From NCBI GenBank assembly GCA_037951405.1, contig JBBMOY010000013.1:1-36369 (forward strand): DNA of 36,369 bases. The letters are read 5' to 3'. Positions 9,872 through 17,941 of the stretch are shown one piece after another. The first letter of the stretch is position 1. Each line of letters starts with the position of its first letter. This DNA is from Platydemus manokwari (lineage: Eukaryota). The position numbers were made by a program, and so were the translations under genes. A model generated the notes under the pieces. The model had not been told where the DNA came from. It worked only from the letters and a program-made list of their open reading frames with translations, and did no database searches.

Positions 9872-10648
9872 ATGGACAAGATCATTCCTGGTAAAGAAGT
9901 GATTCTTCTGTCTGAAGAATCAATGAAAGTAGTTGAAGAAGCAATCGCTAATCCTCCAGCTCCTAGTGCAAAACTGCGTGAACTGATGAATCGCCCTCGG
10001 CGCATTAACGTTGAGGACTTTTTCGTGAATCCGGTTCCTAAGCACGAAAACGATAGTCGTACATTGATGACCATTATTAAAGGTCGTGCAACCCCAGCGG
10101 ATAAAATTAAATTAGCAGTATCCAAAGGTGAACTTATCCCACCCACTCGTACCTTCCAACCTCTGGTAGACGTGGGAGTTCCAGAAACAATGGCGCAGAA
10201 GCTAAACCTTCAGCTGATGGTTGATTACTTTCTGAAAGATCAAGAAGGTAGTTTCCAAGACGCTATTAAGGAAATGGCAGCTCGTATTAAACTCCGTCAC
10301 GGTAACTGGTGTGTTGAGGTTTATAAACCGATGAAGCCGGATACTAAAATCTGGGGAGAGCGGATTGAAGGATACATGCAGCTGGCTGTTTATCAGAACT
10401 TCATCAAACAAGGTCTGTACGAACCTGCGGCATTTAAACGAATGCAGGAAATGAAGGAAGATATCAAGTTCTATGCAGATGCACTAAAACGCGACATTAA
10501 AATTAAGGACGAAGGTGATGCTGTTCACTGGATTACCTGGGGTACCTTAGCTTTGTGTGTTATTTCCCCCTTACTTGATCGTGGGGTCGTTGATCACTCC
10601 AAGGTCGTGTTCTTCTATGAGAAGAAAGCTAAACTTAACCTGAGCTGA
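9872..10648 (+). CDS. Hypothetical protein with N-terminal DUF1778/AtaR-antitoxin-like peptide
   Basis: Likely ATG at 9872, just after the upstream stop; EVILLSEESMKVVEEAIANPPAPSAKLRELM. Confidence 0.75.
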   Translation: MDKIIPGKEVILLSEESMKVVEEAIANPPAPSAKLRELMNRPRRINVEDFFVNPVPKHENDSRTLMTIIKGRATPADKIKLAVSKGELIPPTRTFQPLVDVGVPETMAQKLNLQLMVDYFLKDQEGSFQDAIKEMAARIKLRHGNWCVEVYKPMKPDTKIWGERIEGYMQLAVYQNFIKQGLYEPAAFKRMQEMKEDIKFYADALKRDIKIKDEGDAVHWITWGTLALCVISPLLDRGVVDHSKVVFFYEKKAKLNLS

Positions 10649-10661
10649 TAAGGAAAGAATA

Positions 10662-11756
10662 ATGGATAAGAAAACTTTTGAATTTGATGGTCGTATTTAT
10701 ATCAATGGCGGTGATATAAAAGTTAGTTTTAATGAAAACAACGAAATAATTTATGATCAGAAAACTCTGGATGAAGCCATGCTTAATTTACCAGACCCAG
10801 GTGAGATCAAAGTTGTTAAACCAGAATGTTTTAAAATGCCGAAAGAGTTTATCTATTATCATCAACATCCTGGTGCTGGAGATAAGGCTGAGAACCTTGA
10901 AGTCAAAGGTGTTTGTCTGAAGGGACAGAAACCAAATAGCGAAAGAGAAGGTGGAGTCCGTCGTGATCAAATGCAGCTGGATTATGCTTTTAATTCTCGT
11001 TATGGATCCATGGGTAGCGGCAATACCTTGTTCCAAGCATTCCGTGCTTCATTAGCTAAGAACCTAGAACAGTGTGATTTTGACAGCTGGATAGCAACTG
11101 CCGAAACTTACAAGAAAGCTGTTAAGGAGGTTTTGCATTACGATCTGGAATGTGGGTATGACAATATTCCTAAGGAAATTATTATTGGCGCTCTCCGTCC
11201 TTACGTCTGGTTGGACGATCGTACCGATGTCATTCCAGAGAAAGGATACCATGCACTGGAATTTCTTGAGTTCCTAAAAGGTCTGTTCGATATTCAACAG
11301 CTGCGTGAAATGGATCCCATCGAACGTAAGATGTTGCTCAATGTTAGAACTGGTGATCCTCGTCAAGATTCAAGGATGGAGTTTCCATATCCTGGTACTT
11401 TAACCAGTGATTGTAAGGTAGTGTTAGGAAAAAGGAAAGTAGAGCTTGAGCCAGGTTGGTTTGAAGAATTCCAGAAACACTACCCGGAAGGTATCAATAA
11501 AGGTAGTCCTATTTCTAGAGTGGCTATAGTTGGACATGGTGGGATTGGTCGTAATTCCTTGAAACAACATCTGACCAATGTTGCTGTGGGTGTACTCAGT
11601 GACATGCACATTAGTTATCCATTTGCTGATGTTGCAGAAATCGAAGAGGATAAACCTCAAACCGTTAAAGGTAATGGTCGTCAGTTGATCATCGATAACG
11701 GTAATGGTAAATCCTGGCCCGCTGCCAAGACTCGTAAAGGACACCGTCGTGCATAA
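10662..11756 (+). CDS. Hypothetical protein
   Basis: 364-aa ORF with TAAGGA SD; basic C-terminal tail GKSWPAAKTRKGHRRA. Confidence 0.8.
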   Translation: MDKKTFEFDGRIYINGGDIKVSFNENNEIIYDQKTLDEAMLNLPDPGEIKVVKPECFKMPKEFIYYHQHPGAGDKAENLEVKGVCLKGQKPNSEREGGVRRDQMQLDYAFNSRYGSMGSGNTLFQAFRASLAKNLEQCDFDSWIATAETYKKAVKEVLHYDLECGYDNIPKEIIIGALRPYVWLDDRTDVIPEKGYHALEFLEFLKGLFDIQQLREMDPIERKMLLNVRTGDPRQDSRMEFPYPGTLTSDCKVVLGKRKVELEPGWFEEFQKHYPEGINKGSPISRVAIVGHGGIGRNSLKQHLTNVAVGVLSDMHISYPFADVAEIEEDKPQTVKGNGRQLIIDNGNGKSWPAAKTRKGHRRA

Positions 11757-11985
11757 AGTTATCAGTTTTGTAGCAGCTATATTCCTATTAGCTTGCTCTG
11801 GGTGGATTGGATACAATTTGTATATTGGGGATTACTCTGGTAGAACAGATCTGGTTGCTTTAACGATCATCATCATCGTCCTGACCATTGTGGGGTGTTG
11901 GTTATTGTTCATCACGTTCTTCGAAGATTGGTTACTTCGGAAAATGTATGGGGCTTTCTCTAACAGAAATCACTGGGGGCGCTAA
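11749..11985 (+). CDS. Small membrane protein (2 TM)
   Basis: In-frame GTG at 11749 after AAGGA; two hydrophobic stretches. Confidence 0.7.
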   Translation: MHKVISFVAAIFLLACSGWIGYNLYIGDYSGRTDLVALTIIIIVLTIVGCWLLFITFFEDWLLRKMYGAFSNRNHWGR

Positions 11986-12158
11986 TGAAGTACGTCATGA
12001 AGATACACGCTGATGCTCGTATCGCTATTCTACCAGTAGTCCCTAAGTTGGTTCCTGAAATCATACCGAATAACCATTCGTTTGATCCAACTAAAACCAA
12101 GGACGTTGTATTTGGTAAGAACCGTGCTTGGCCGGTCCCTAAGAAAAGAGGTTTTTAA
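11985..12158 (+). CDS. 57-aa hypothetical protein (absent from ORF track)
   Basis: TAATG coupling; MKYVMKIHADARIAILPVVPKLVPEIIPNNHSFDPTKTKDVVFGKNRAWPVPKKRGF; fills the gap up to the terminator. Confidence 0.7.
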   Translation: MKYVMKIHADARIAILPVVPKLVPEIIPNNHSFDPTKTKDVVFGKNRAWPVPKKRGF

Positions 12159-12163
12159 ACACA

Positions 12164-12194
12164 GGAGCTGGGCTTACGCTCGGCTCCTTTAGTT
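12164..12194 (+). terminator. Rho-independent terminator
   Basis: GGAGCTGGGC-TTAC-GCTCGGCTCC followed by TTTAGTT. Confidence 0.8.
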
Positions 12195-12247
12195 CTCTTT
12201 TATTTTATTGGTGTGGGTATTTTAAGATATCAAATTGGAGAAATATA

Positions 12248-12463
12248 ATGTTTGATGGAATTAATAAGTGGTTGTGTCTTATAATGTCATTAACTTACCT
12301 GGGATGTTCTATCCATGGTACGTGGATGTTAAACGAACTGAACCGACCTGCTGATGTTGAGATGGTACTTGCTGTTGTAGTGACAGTTTGCTATATCGCC
12401 TTTGGTTGTTTCATCAGTGTGTGGTTATACGAAGTCAGTCAGAAATATTGGGGCAGATTATGA
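12248..12463 (+). CDS. Small membrane protein (2 TM)
   Basis: GGAG SD; two hydrophobic helices. Confidence 0.7.
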   Translation: MFDGINKWLCLIMSLTYLGCSIHGTWMLNELNRPADVEMVLAVVVTVCYIAFGCFISVWLYEVSQKYWGRL

Positions 12464-12894
12464 GCGCAGATAAAGTTATACACCGGTTAGGGACTATTGA
12501 CAGTATTAAGATCGAGAAACAAAGTGAAGTTCCTTCCTGGGAAGAAGAAAGACGAGAAACTGTTAAGCTTCATAGTGATCTTCATAGTGCCCGTGTAAAG
12601 CTTGATAAAGAAGATTCAATTAAAGGCAAGCTAGATGTCCTAGAAACTTGGGGAACATTTAACCGTAGTAAGTTCCACAGTTTGTCTAAACGTCGTCAGA
12701 AACTCTTCCTACGTCGTTTCTATAAGTATGATACACGTACTGGTAAATTAGTTTATAGCCCTGACTTTAAACGTAACAAATATTACCAAGATGTTCCTCT
12801 TATGCTCACTTGGGTTGAGCATGTCAGTAAAGCCGAAACTGATATGATGTCTGAGTGGATGAAATACATCGCTGAAGATTATAATAAGGGATAA
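12460..12894 (+). CDS. Hypothetical protein
   Basis: Likely ATG at 12460 (ATGA overlap). Confidence 0.75.
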   Translation: MSADKVIHRLGTIDSIKIEKQSEVPSWEEERRETVKLHSDLHSARVKLDKEDSIKGKLDVLETWGTFNRSKFHSLSKRRQKLFLRRFYKYDTRTGKLVYSPDFKRNKYYQDVPLMLTWVEHVSKAETDMMSEWMKYIAEDYNKG

Positions 12895-12896
12895 TT

Positions 12897-13124
12897 ATGA
12901 TTATCTTTCGTATATTTACTTTTCTGTTAGGAATGTGCTCTATCTATTTAGGGGGATTCGCTTCCTATCACTGGTGGATTGAATCTGGAGTATCTCGCCA
13001 AGGTATTAGTGGATTTCTTGGAATAGTTATTCTATTCACCATGGGGGTTCTGGTAGTCACGACCTCGCTACGACCAGGTTGGTTAGGTAATAAACTTTAC
13101 CCTGTGAATAAGGAAGACCATTAA
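12897..13124 (+). CDS. Small membrane protein (2 TM)
   Basis: Two hydrophobic segments; AAGGGA SD. Confidence 0.7.
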   Translation: MIIFRIFTFLLGMCSIYLGGFASYHWWIESGVSRQGISGFLGIVILFTMGVLVVTTSLRPGWLGNKLYPVNKEDH

Positions 13125-13366
13125 TGTTAGAGCAACAATATCACGTGCTTGTATTGCTTATCGTCGTTATAGGTGTAACTATCGTTGTGGCGATTCAGGA
13201 TGTTGGTCATTATTTATATGCCATCACACGTGCTAAAGGTGATTCGCGTAAATTAGAATCAGCGACATTCCGTTATCGCATTCGAGCGATTATAAATTAT
13301 CTCTTATACATTTTCCTTGTCGGGTATATACTTTACTCCAATGATTTGCTAAGTGTCACTTTATAG
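13124..13366 (+). CDS. Small membrane protein (2 TM)
   Basis: TAATG coupling, AAGGA SD, two hydrophobic segments. Confidence 0.7.
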   Translation: MLEQQYHVLVLLIVVIGVTIVVAIQDVGHYLYAITRAKGDSRKLESATFRYRIRAIINYLLYIFLVGYILYSNDLLSVTL

Positions 13367-13374
13367 GAGTAGTC

Positions 13375-13515
13375 ATGCCAAGTACATCTGAAAAGCAAGA
13401 AAAGTTCATGAGAGCTGTTGCTCACAATCCCGAGTTTGCCAAGAAGGTTGGCGTTCCTCAGGAAGTGGGTAAAGAGTTCAATGACGCTGATAAAGCAAAA
13501 GACAAAAAAGATTAA
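13375..13515 (+). CDS. 46-aa phage microprotein (absent from ORF track)
   Basis: AGGAG SD; MPSTSEKQEKFMRAVAHNPEFAKKVGVPQEVGKEFNDADKAKDKKD. Confidence 0.85.
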   Translation: MPSTSEKQEKFMRAVAHNPEFAKKVGVPQEVGKEFNDADKAKDKKD

Positions 13516-13520
13516 TAACT

Positions 13521-13550
13521 AGAGAGTGTATCCTCCGGGATACACTCTTT
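13521..13550 (+). terminator. Stem-loop, probable terminator
   Basis: AGAGAGTGTATCC-TCCG-GGATACACTCTTT. Confidence 0.65.
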
Positions 13551-13561
13551 GAGGTATAATT

Positions 13562-13942
13562 ATGAAAGAACCAAATCGTGGCGAACGTGTCCAGGGTATA
13601 GAGTTATTATCAGCTTATAAAGGTAAAGAAATGGACCATCGGGTTGCAACGATGTTGGTCCATAAAGGCCATGCCTTTTTAGCAACAATGAGCGGTCTTT
13701 CTGATTTAGGAACCGATCATACGGCATTTAACTATCAGGTGAAGGTGGACGATGAGATCCAATTTATTACTTCTCCTGTGGATTTCTCTAAAGATCAAGC
13801 AATTGAAGGTCGGATATATTCATTCCAGTATAAGGGAGAATACTGGATAATTCTCAATGTAGAACCTATGGATAAAAAGAAGAGAGATCTTCAATCTTTG
13901 ACTCGTCCTCCTATCCTTTTATCCTATATCCATGCCAAGTAA
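13562..13942 (+). CDS. Hypothetical protein (paralog of 14338-14685)
   Basis: GAGG SD; shares motifs such as PVDFSKDQAIEG versus PMDLSKDVKVEG. Confidence 0.75.
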   Translation: MKEPNRGERVQGIELLSAYKGKEMDHRVATMLVHKGHAFLATMSGLSDLGTDHTAFNYQVKVDDEIQFITSPVDFSKDQAIEGRIYSFQYKGEYWIILNVEPMDKKKRDLQSLTRPPILLSYIHAK

Positions 13943-13969
13943 TATATCCGCTAACTAATAGGTGCCGAT

Positions 13970-14338
13970 ATGAACAACTCTGATAAAGCCCATCTTGAAG
14001 CGATGGCTGAAACATATGTTAAGAGGTCTATTGATACTCGCGTTCCAGAAATCATCAATCCCAAATCAGACCTCATTGGTTTGTTAGTTATGATGGATGA
14101 AAATGGGAATCCAATTAAAAGGGAAGATGTTAAAGAAGAACTCATCAAGGAACTGAGTGAAGGGGAAGAAATCTCAGATGACGGAATTGAAGCATATTAC
14201 GGCGATACACCTCATTTACCCATAGATATTTTTACACCTAACTATCCTACACATCCTGTTATGGGAACCAACAGCCGTCGGACTACTAAACAAGGTCCCA
14301 AAGGAAACATCTACCCTTCCCCTAAACGGAGAAAGTAA
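13970..14338 (+). CDS. Hypothetical protein
   Basis: AGGT SD; basic tail KGNIYPSPKRRK. Confidence 0.75.
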   Translation: MNNSDKAHLEAMAETYVKRSIDTRVPEIINPKSDLIGLLVMMDENGNPIKREDVKEELIKELSEGEEISDDGIEAYYGDTPHLPIDIFTPNYPTHPVMGTNSRRTTKQGPKGNIYPSPKRRK

Positions 14339-14685
14339 TGGAACATGCTATTGAGAAACTTGACTTCTTTCAAATCAAAATGTTAGAAGGTAAACAAGGT
14401 ACGCTTTATATCCGTGATGGAAAAGCCTACATCTATCAAGGTTCAGACAAATATCATCTTACTGAAGGTTTTGTAGGAGAATATGTCCCACGCGCTGAGA
14501 ATGCAGTGATTGCCGATAAGCCTATGGACCTTAGCAAAGATGTTAAGGTCGAGGGATTCTTCTGGTTGTATCAAAATGAAGAACACTTTGCAATGGCATT
14601 CATTGACAGTACACGTAAACATCCAGCCCTATTATTAAGAGCTGGTAATGCACTCGATTCCTTAAAGGAGGCTAATCGTGAATAA
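14338..14685 (+). CDS. Hypothetical protein
   Basis: TAATG coupling, GGAG SD. Confidence 0.75.
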   Translation: MEHAIEKLDFFQIKMLEGKQGTLYIRDGKAYIYQGSDKYHLTEGFVGEYVPRAENAVIADKPMDLSKDVKVEGFFWLYQNEEHFAMAFIDSTRKHPALLLRAGNALDSLKEANRE

Positions 14686-15118
14686 ATTTATTAAAGGTAT
14701 CATGTGGTTCTTCAAACAACCCGATGATACCCAAACTGAACTAACTCGTAAACTCAAAGGTTATCGAGATCCTCAACAGGTGGATACGAATCCTGTTGTT
14801 TCTGTAAAACTCAATGAAGCCGTGAGTGAACTACTGGGTGAGGTAAGTCAACCTGGTCCATTTGGAAAAGTACCTGAGGGAGTAGATCCCGTCGAGTACT
14901 ATAAGGAACATTTGGTTTGTCCTTATGACATTACCGATGTAGAACTGGAGCACGCTATGCAATTAGCCGGTTTCCAGAAGTCAGTCGTTGTTAACGGTGA
15001 GAACGTTTATGATCCCCGTGTACTCGCTGCTATGAAGTTAGCCATCAACTTTTATTATGTTGGTGTGTTCACCCGTACCAAAGATTTAATTAAGCAATTA
15101 GACGCTCAATTAAAATAA
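14678..15118 (+). CDS. Hypothetical protein
   Basis: AAGGAGG SD before GTG. Confidence 0.8.
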   Translation: MNKFIKGIMWFFKQPDDTQTELTRKLKGYRDPQQVDTNPVVSVKLNEAVSELLGEVSQPGPFGKVPEGVDPVEYYKEHLVCPYDITDVELEHAMQLAGFQKSVVVNGENVYDPRVLAAMKLAINFYYVGVFTRTKDLIKQLDAQLK

Positions 15119-15179
15119 ACTGAAAAATAAATGAGGTGTCAGGTACACCTCGTTCTCAATTTAACAAGAGGTTTTATAA

Positions 15180-16676
15180 ATGGTAACTCCAACCAAGAAA
15201 CTTAAGATTCGTTCCCAGTCCGGTACTGTAACTGAAGCTGCGAAAAAGGAAGTTGAAAAAGTTGATCCAGGCTCAGTGAAACTGAAAGAAGAATTAACAC
15301 CTGTGGTAACTAAGGCTGTTAAAGATGCCGTAACCGAACTGGCTGAAAAAGATACTTTCGACATGAGCACCGACGCCGTTTTCAAAGCTGAATCCGAAGT
15401 GGGTGAAATTAAACCAGGTAATGATGAATACTTCCAATTCGTCTCTAGTTCTGGTAATGATGGTGAGCTTCGTACGGTCAATGCACTTTACAAAGACCCT
15501 AAAGTCACTATCTGCGGAAAAGCTATTGAACTTAAGAAAGAGGAAAAACATCCTACTGGTGTCATAAGCTATTACTCTGATTACCATGGCAAACATGCCA
15601 ATCGTAATTTGATTCAACTCTCTAACCATGGTCGATACAACCAACATGAACTGCCAGAGGACTTTAAAATCCAATGGTGGAGCGCCAATGTTAATGGTGT
15701 TAAGGTTTGGTTAACCCAGGGCAGTTATTTAATTGTGACTGAAAACCTGTGTTCCGATGACTGGGGTTATGATGGTGATGACACTGGTTCAGTAGCTAAT
15801 GAGAATAAAGAACTCGTTCTTATTGCTTCTGGTGTTAACTGTAAACATCTTTCAGTCATTGGACGTACCGTTCTCAACAACTCATCCATTAAAGCTGAAA
15901 ATTACATTGACTTTAAAAGAAGTACAGTTGTGTCTACTTCGATTACTGTGGATTACAACGTCAATATCAATAGCTCAATGGTTAACAGCTTCCGCTCTTA
16001 TGGTGGGGAATATTTAACTCTTACCCATTGCAAACTTCGCAATGTGTCACTTCCTCAATATGGGCGTGTGCACCTGAAAGAAGTCAGTACGATGAACCAA
16101 CGAGAATCCGGGTTCAATCTGAACGTATACGGTGCCGGTAATAACAAATCGTTAACGCTGGATATTCGCAATATCGACCTCCCTGACTTTAATGTAACCC
16201 TCGGTAATGGCGCTGATACGTTTACAACGTATGTGGCCGATAAAGACAACAATTCTCAATCCATCCCACTGGTAATTGAAAACCGTGTTGACTTTGGGTT
16301 CTTCTCAGGACTTACACCTATCGGGTTTATTCGTTTAGGTTCAAATGACATTCTGGTTGGAGACCAGGTGTTTACGGCTAAAGAGTTCTTTGGTAAAGCT
16401 GACCAGAAAACACAACCTGAAACTGTTGATCCAACTCGTGCAACTTTACGTGATACACCTCCATATTACAATACCAGTTTTGGTATTGGGATTTTGGGCA
16501 GTGGTGATTACTATAAAGGTAGTCTGGTATGGAACCGTGCGGCCAGGGCTTTGTTCGGTTATAAACACCGTAACATGGTGATTGGCAAATCGGGTGAAGC
16601 CATGGTTAATACCTTGATTGAGCAGATCAAATCTCGTCTTGGTCTGTATGTAGAAATCCAGAACATGGGGTTGTAA
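15180..16676 (+). CDS. Hypothetical protein with central beta-helix-like region
   Basis: 498 aa; charged low-complexity N-terminus; central S/N/V/I-rich periodic segment (VLNNSSIKAENYIDFKRSTVVSTSI...). Confidence 0.8.
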   Translation: MVTPTKKLKIRSQSGTVTEAAKKEVEKVDPGSVKLKEELTPVVTKAVKDAVTELAEKDTFDMSTDAVFKAESEVGEIKPGNDEYFQFVSSSGNDGELRTVNALYKDPKVTICGKAIELKKEEKHPTGVISYYSDYHGKHANRNLIQLSNHGRYNQHELPEDFKIQWWSANVNGVKVWLTQGSYLIVTENLCSDDWGYDGDDTGSVANENKELVLIASGVNCKHLSVIGRTVLNNSSIKAENYIDFKRSTVVSTSITVDYNVNINSSMVNSFRSYGGEYLTLTHCKLRNVSLPQYGRVHLKEVSTMNQRESGFNLNVYGAGNNKSLTLDIRNIDLPDFNVTLGNGADTFTTYVADKDNNSQSIPLVIENRVDFGFFSGLTPIGFIRLGSNDILVGDQVFTAKEFFGKADQKTQPETVDPTRATLRDTPPYYNTSFGIGILGSGDYYKGSLVWNRAARALFGYKHRNMVIGKSGEAMVNTLIEQIKSRLGLYVEIQNMGL

Positions 16677-16677
16677 T

Positions 16678-17358
16678 ATGTCTGAACACAATGCATCGAT
16701 TAGTGAAGAAGTCCTTCGCTTAACGCATTCGTTCGGTAACTTACTGGTCCATGTATCAGGGGAGGGAAAGGTAGACTTCCGAACCCCTGGTATGGGATCC
16801 GGTTGGTTGGGGATGATTAAGATTATCGTCTCTGGCGATGTTGGGTGCATGAAACCTTACAAAGGTTACGACACTTGTGCATTAGACCAGGCGATTGATT
16901 ATCTTATTGACATTGAACTTGCTCCTCATTTGAATACTTCTCTTAACGAAGAGTTCGTTGTTTCTGACGAACGTTGGAAAGCATTCATTATGGGCATCAA
17001 GGAAGAATGTTCTTTCGTCGGTAATCCTAAGCCGAAATACAAGTTCGAATTGAAGTCCGATGATGATAAACATGTCGTGACGACTATCGTTCTGGAACCT
17101 TTGGCGAATGACTTCGTAGTGGGTGAGTTCACTGCTGCTAAGCATGCAACGTTTATCGGTCCTATTACCGATTACGACCAGCCGAAAATTAACTCCTGCT
17201 TTATCATGGCAGAAGGTAAGGAATATGAAATCGATTTCGATAAGTTAATTCATTATCGTCATCGTAAGTATATCCCTCGTCCTGGTGATTACCTGCTATA
17301 TAACGAAGAGAAAGGATTCTACGTTATCCTTCCTCAGGAAGACTACTCTATTCACTAA
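16678..17358 (+). CDS. Hypothetical protein
   Basis: 226-aa ORF abutting the upstream gene. Confidence 0.8.
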   Translation: MSEHNASISEEVLRLTHSFGNLLVHVSGEGKVDFRTPGMGSGWLGMIKIIVSGDVGCMKPYKGYDTCALDQAIDYLIDIELAPHLNTSLNEEFVVSDERWKAFIMGIKEECSFVGNPKPKYKFELKSDDDKHVVTTIVLEPLANDFVVGEFTAAKHATFIGPITDYDQPKINSCFIMAEGKEYEIDFDKLIHYRHRKYIPRPGDYLLYNEEKGFYVILPQEDYSIH

Positions 17359-17366
17359 GGTCGAAT

Positions 17367-17471
17367 ATGCAAGTCTATTGTTGTCATAGCTGTGGTTGTG
17401 CGGTTCAAGAATCAGAAGCCCATTGGTATAAAGGGCTGGTGTTCTGTTCTTGTGCGTGCATTCCTGACTGA
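17367..17471 (+). CDS. 34-aa Cys-rich putative metal-binding microprotein (absent from ORF track)
   Basis: TAAGG SD; MQVYCCHSCGCAVQESEAHWYKGLVFCSCACIPD, ending just before a terminator. Confidence 0.65.
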   Translation: MQVYCCHSCGCAVQESEAHWYKGLVFCSCACIPD

Positions 17472-17474
17472 TAA

Positions 17475-17514
17475 TTACCTCTCCTTCCTTCGGGTGGGAG
17501 AGGGTTATCGTTTT
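17475..17514 (+). terminator. Probable terminator
   Basis: Imperfect stem CCTCTCC..CCTTCGGG..GGAGAGG followed by T-rich sequence. Confidence 0.6.
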
Positions 17515-17523
17515 AGTTGTATT

Positions 17524-17553
17524 TCTTTTCAGACTTACATTATCATAGTGTAT
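17524..17553 (+). promoter_or_regulatory. Putative phage (early-type) promoter, copy 2
   Basis: TCTTTTCAGACTTACATTATCATAGTGTAT matches 7736-7765. Confidence 0.7.
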
Positions 17554-17582
17554 AAACGAACGTAAATTTATAAGGAGTTACT

Positions 17583-17795
17583 ATGACTCGTACTGAACGC
17601 ATTACTGCTTTAGAAAATGAAATTTACCAGCACAAAGCCTATGGTGACACAGTGGCTATTGACATCTGCTGTCAAGAGTTGGAAGAACTTGAAGCGATGA
17701 CTGACGAAGAGTATGAACGTTTTAAAAGCGTTCGTGATAACTACGCCAGTAATTCTGTTAAACCTATCATAACTAAGGAAATCCGAAATGGATGA
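17583..17795 (+). CDS. Hypothetical protein
   Basis: TAAGGAG SD; first gene after the promoter motif. Confidence 0.8.
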   Translation: MTRTERITALENEIYQHKAYGDTVAIDICCQELEELEAMTDEEYERFKSVRDNYASNSVKPIITKEIRNG

Positions 17796-17937
17796 GAACG
17801 AAGAACTGCAAGATGATCTAAACAGTCATCCTTGTCCGCAATGCGGTTGCGAATTACCTGATGATGCATCTGACACCATGGGTCTTTGCCAATCCTGTTA
17901 TGAAGCAAACTTTTTACCAACTGACGAAAGAGAATAA
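17788..17937 (+). CDS. 49-aa acidic C4 zinc-ribbon microprotein (absent from ORF track)
   Basis: TAAGGA SD; MDENEELQDDLNSHPCPQCGCELPDDASDTMGLCQSCYEANFLPTDERE. Confidence 0.75.
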   Translation: MDENEELQDDLNSHPCPQCGCELPDDASDTMGLCQSCYEANFLPTDERE

Positions 17938-17941
17938 AGAA

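Noticed and set aside
11749-13366. Holin/lysis cassette
   Set aside because: No endolysin or spanin is recognisable nearby.
17788-17937. DksA/TraR assignment for the zinc-ribbon ORF
   Set aside because: Cys spacing is shorter than in TraR-type fingers and there is no long N-terminal helix with the DxA motif.
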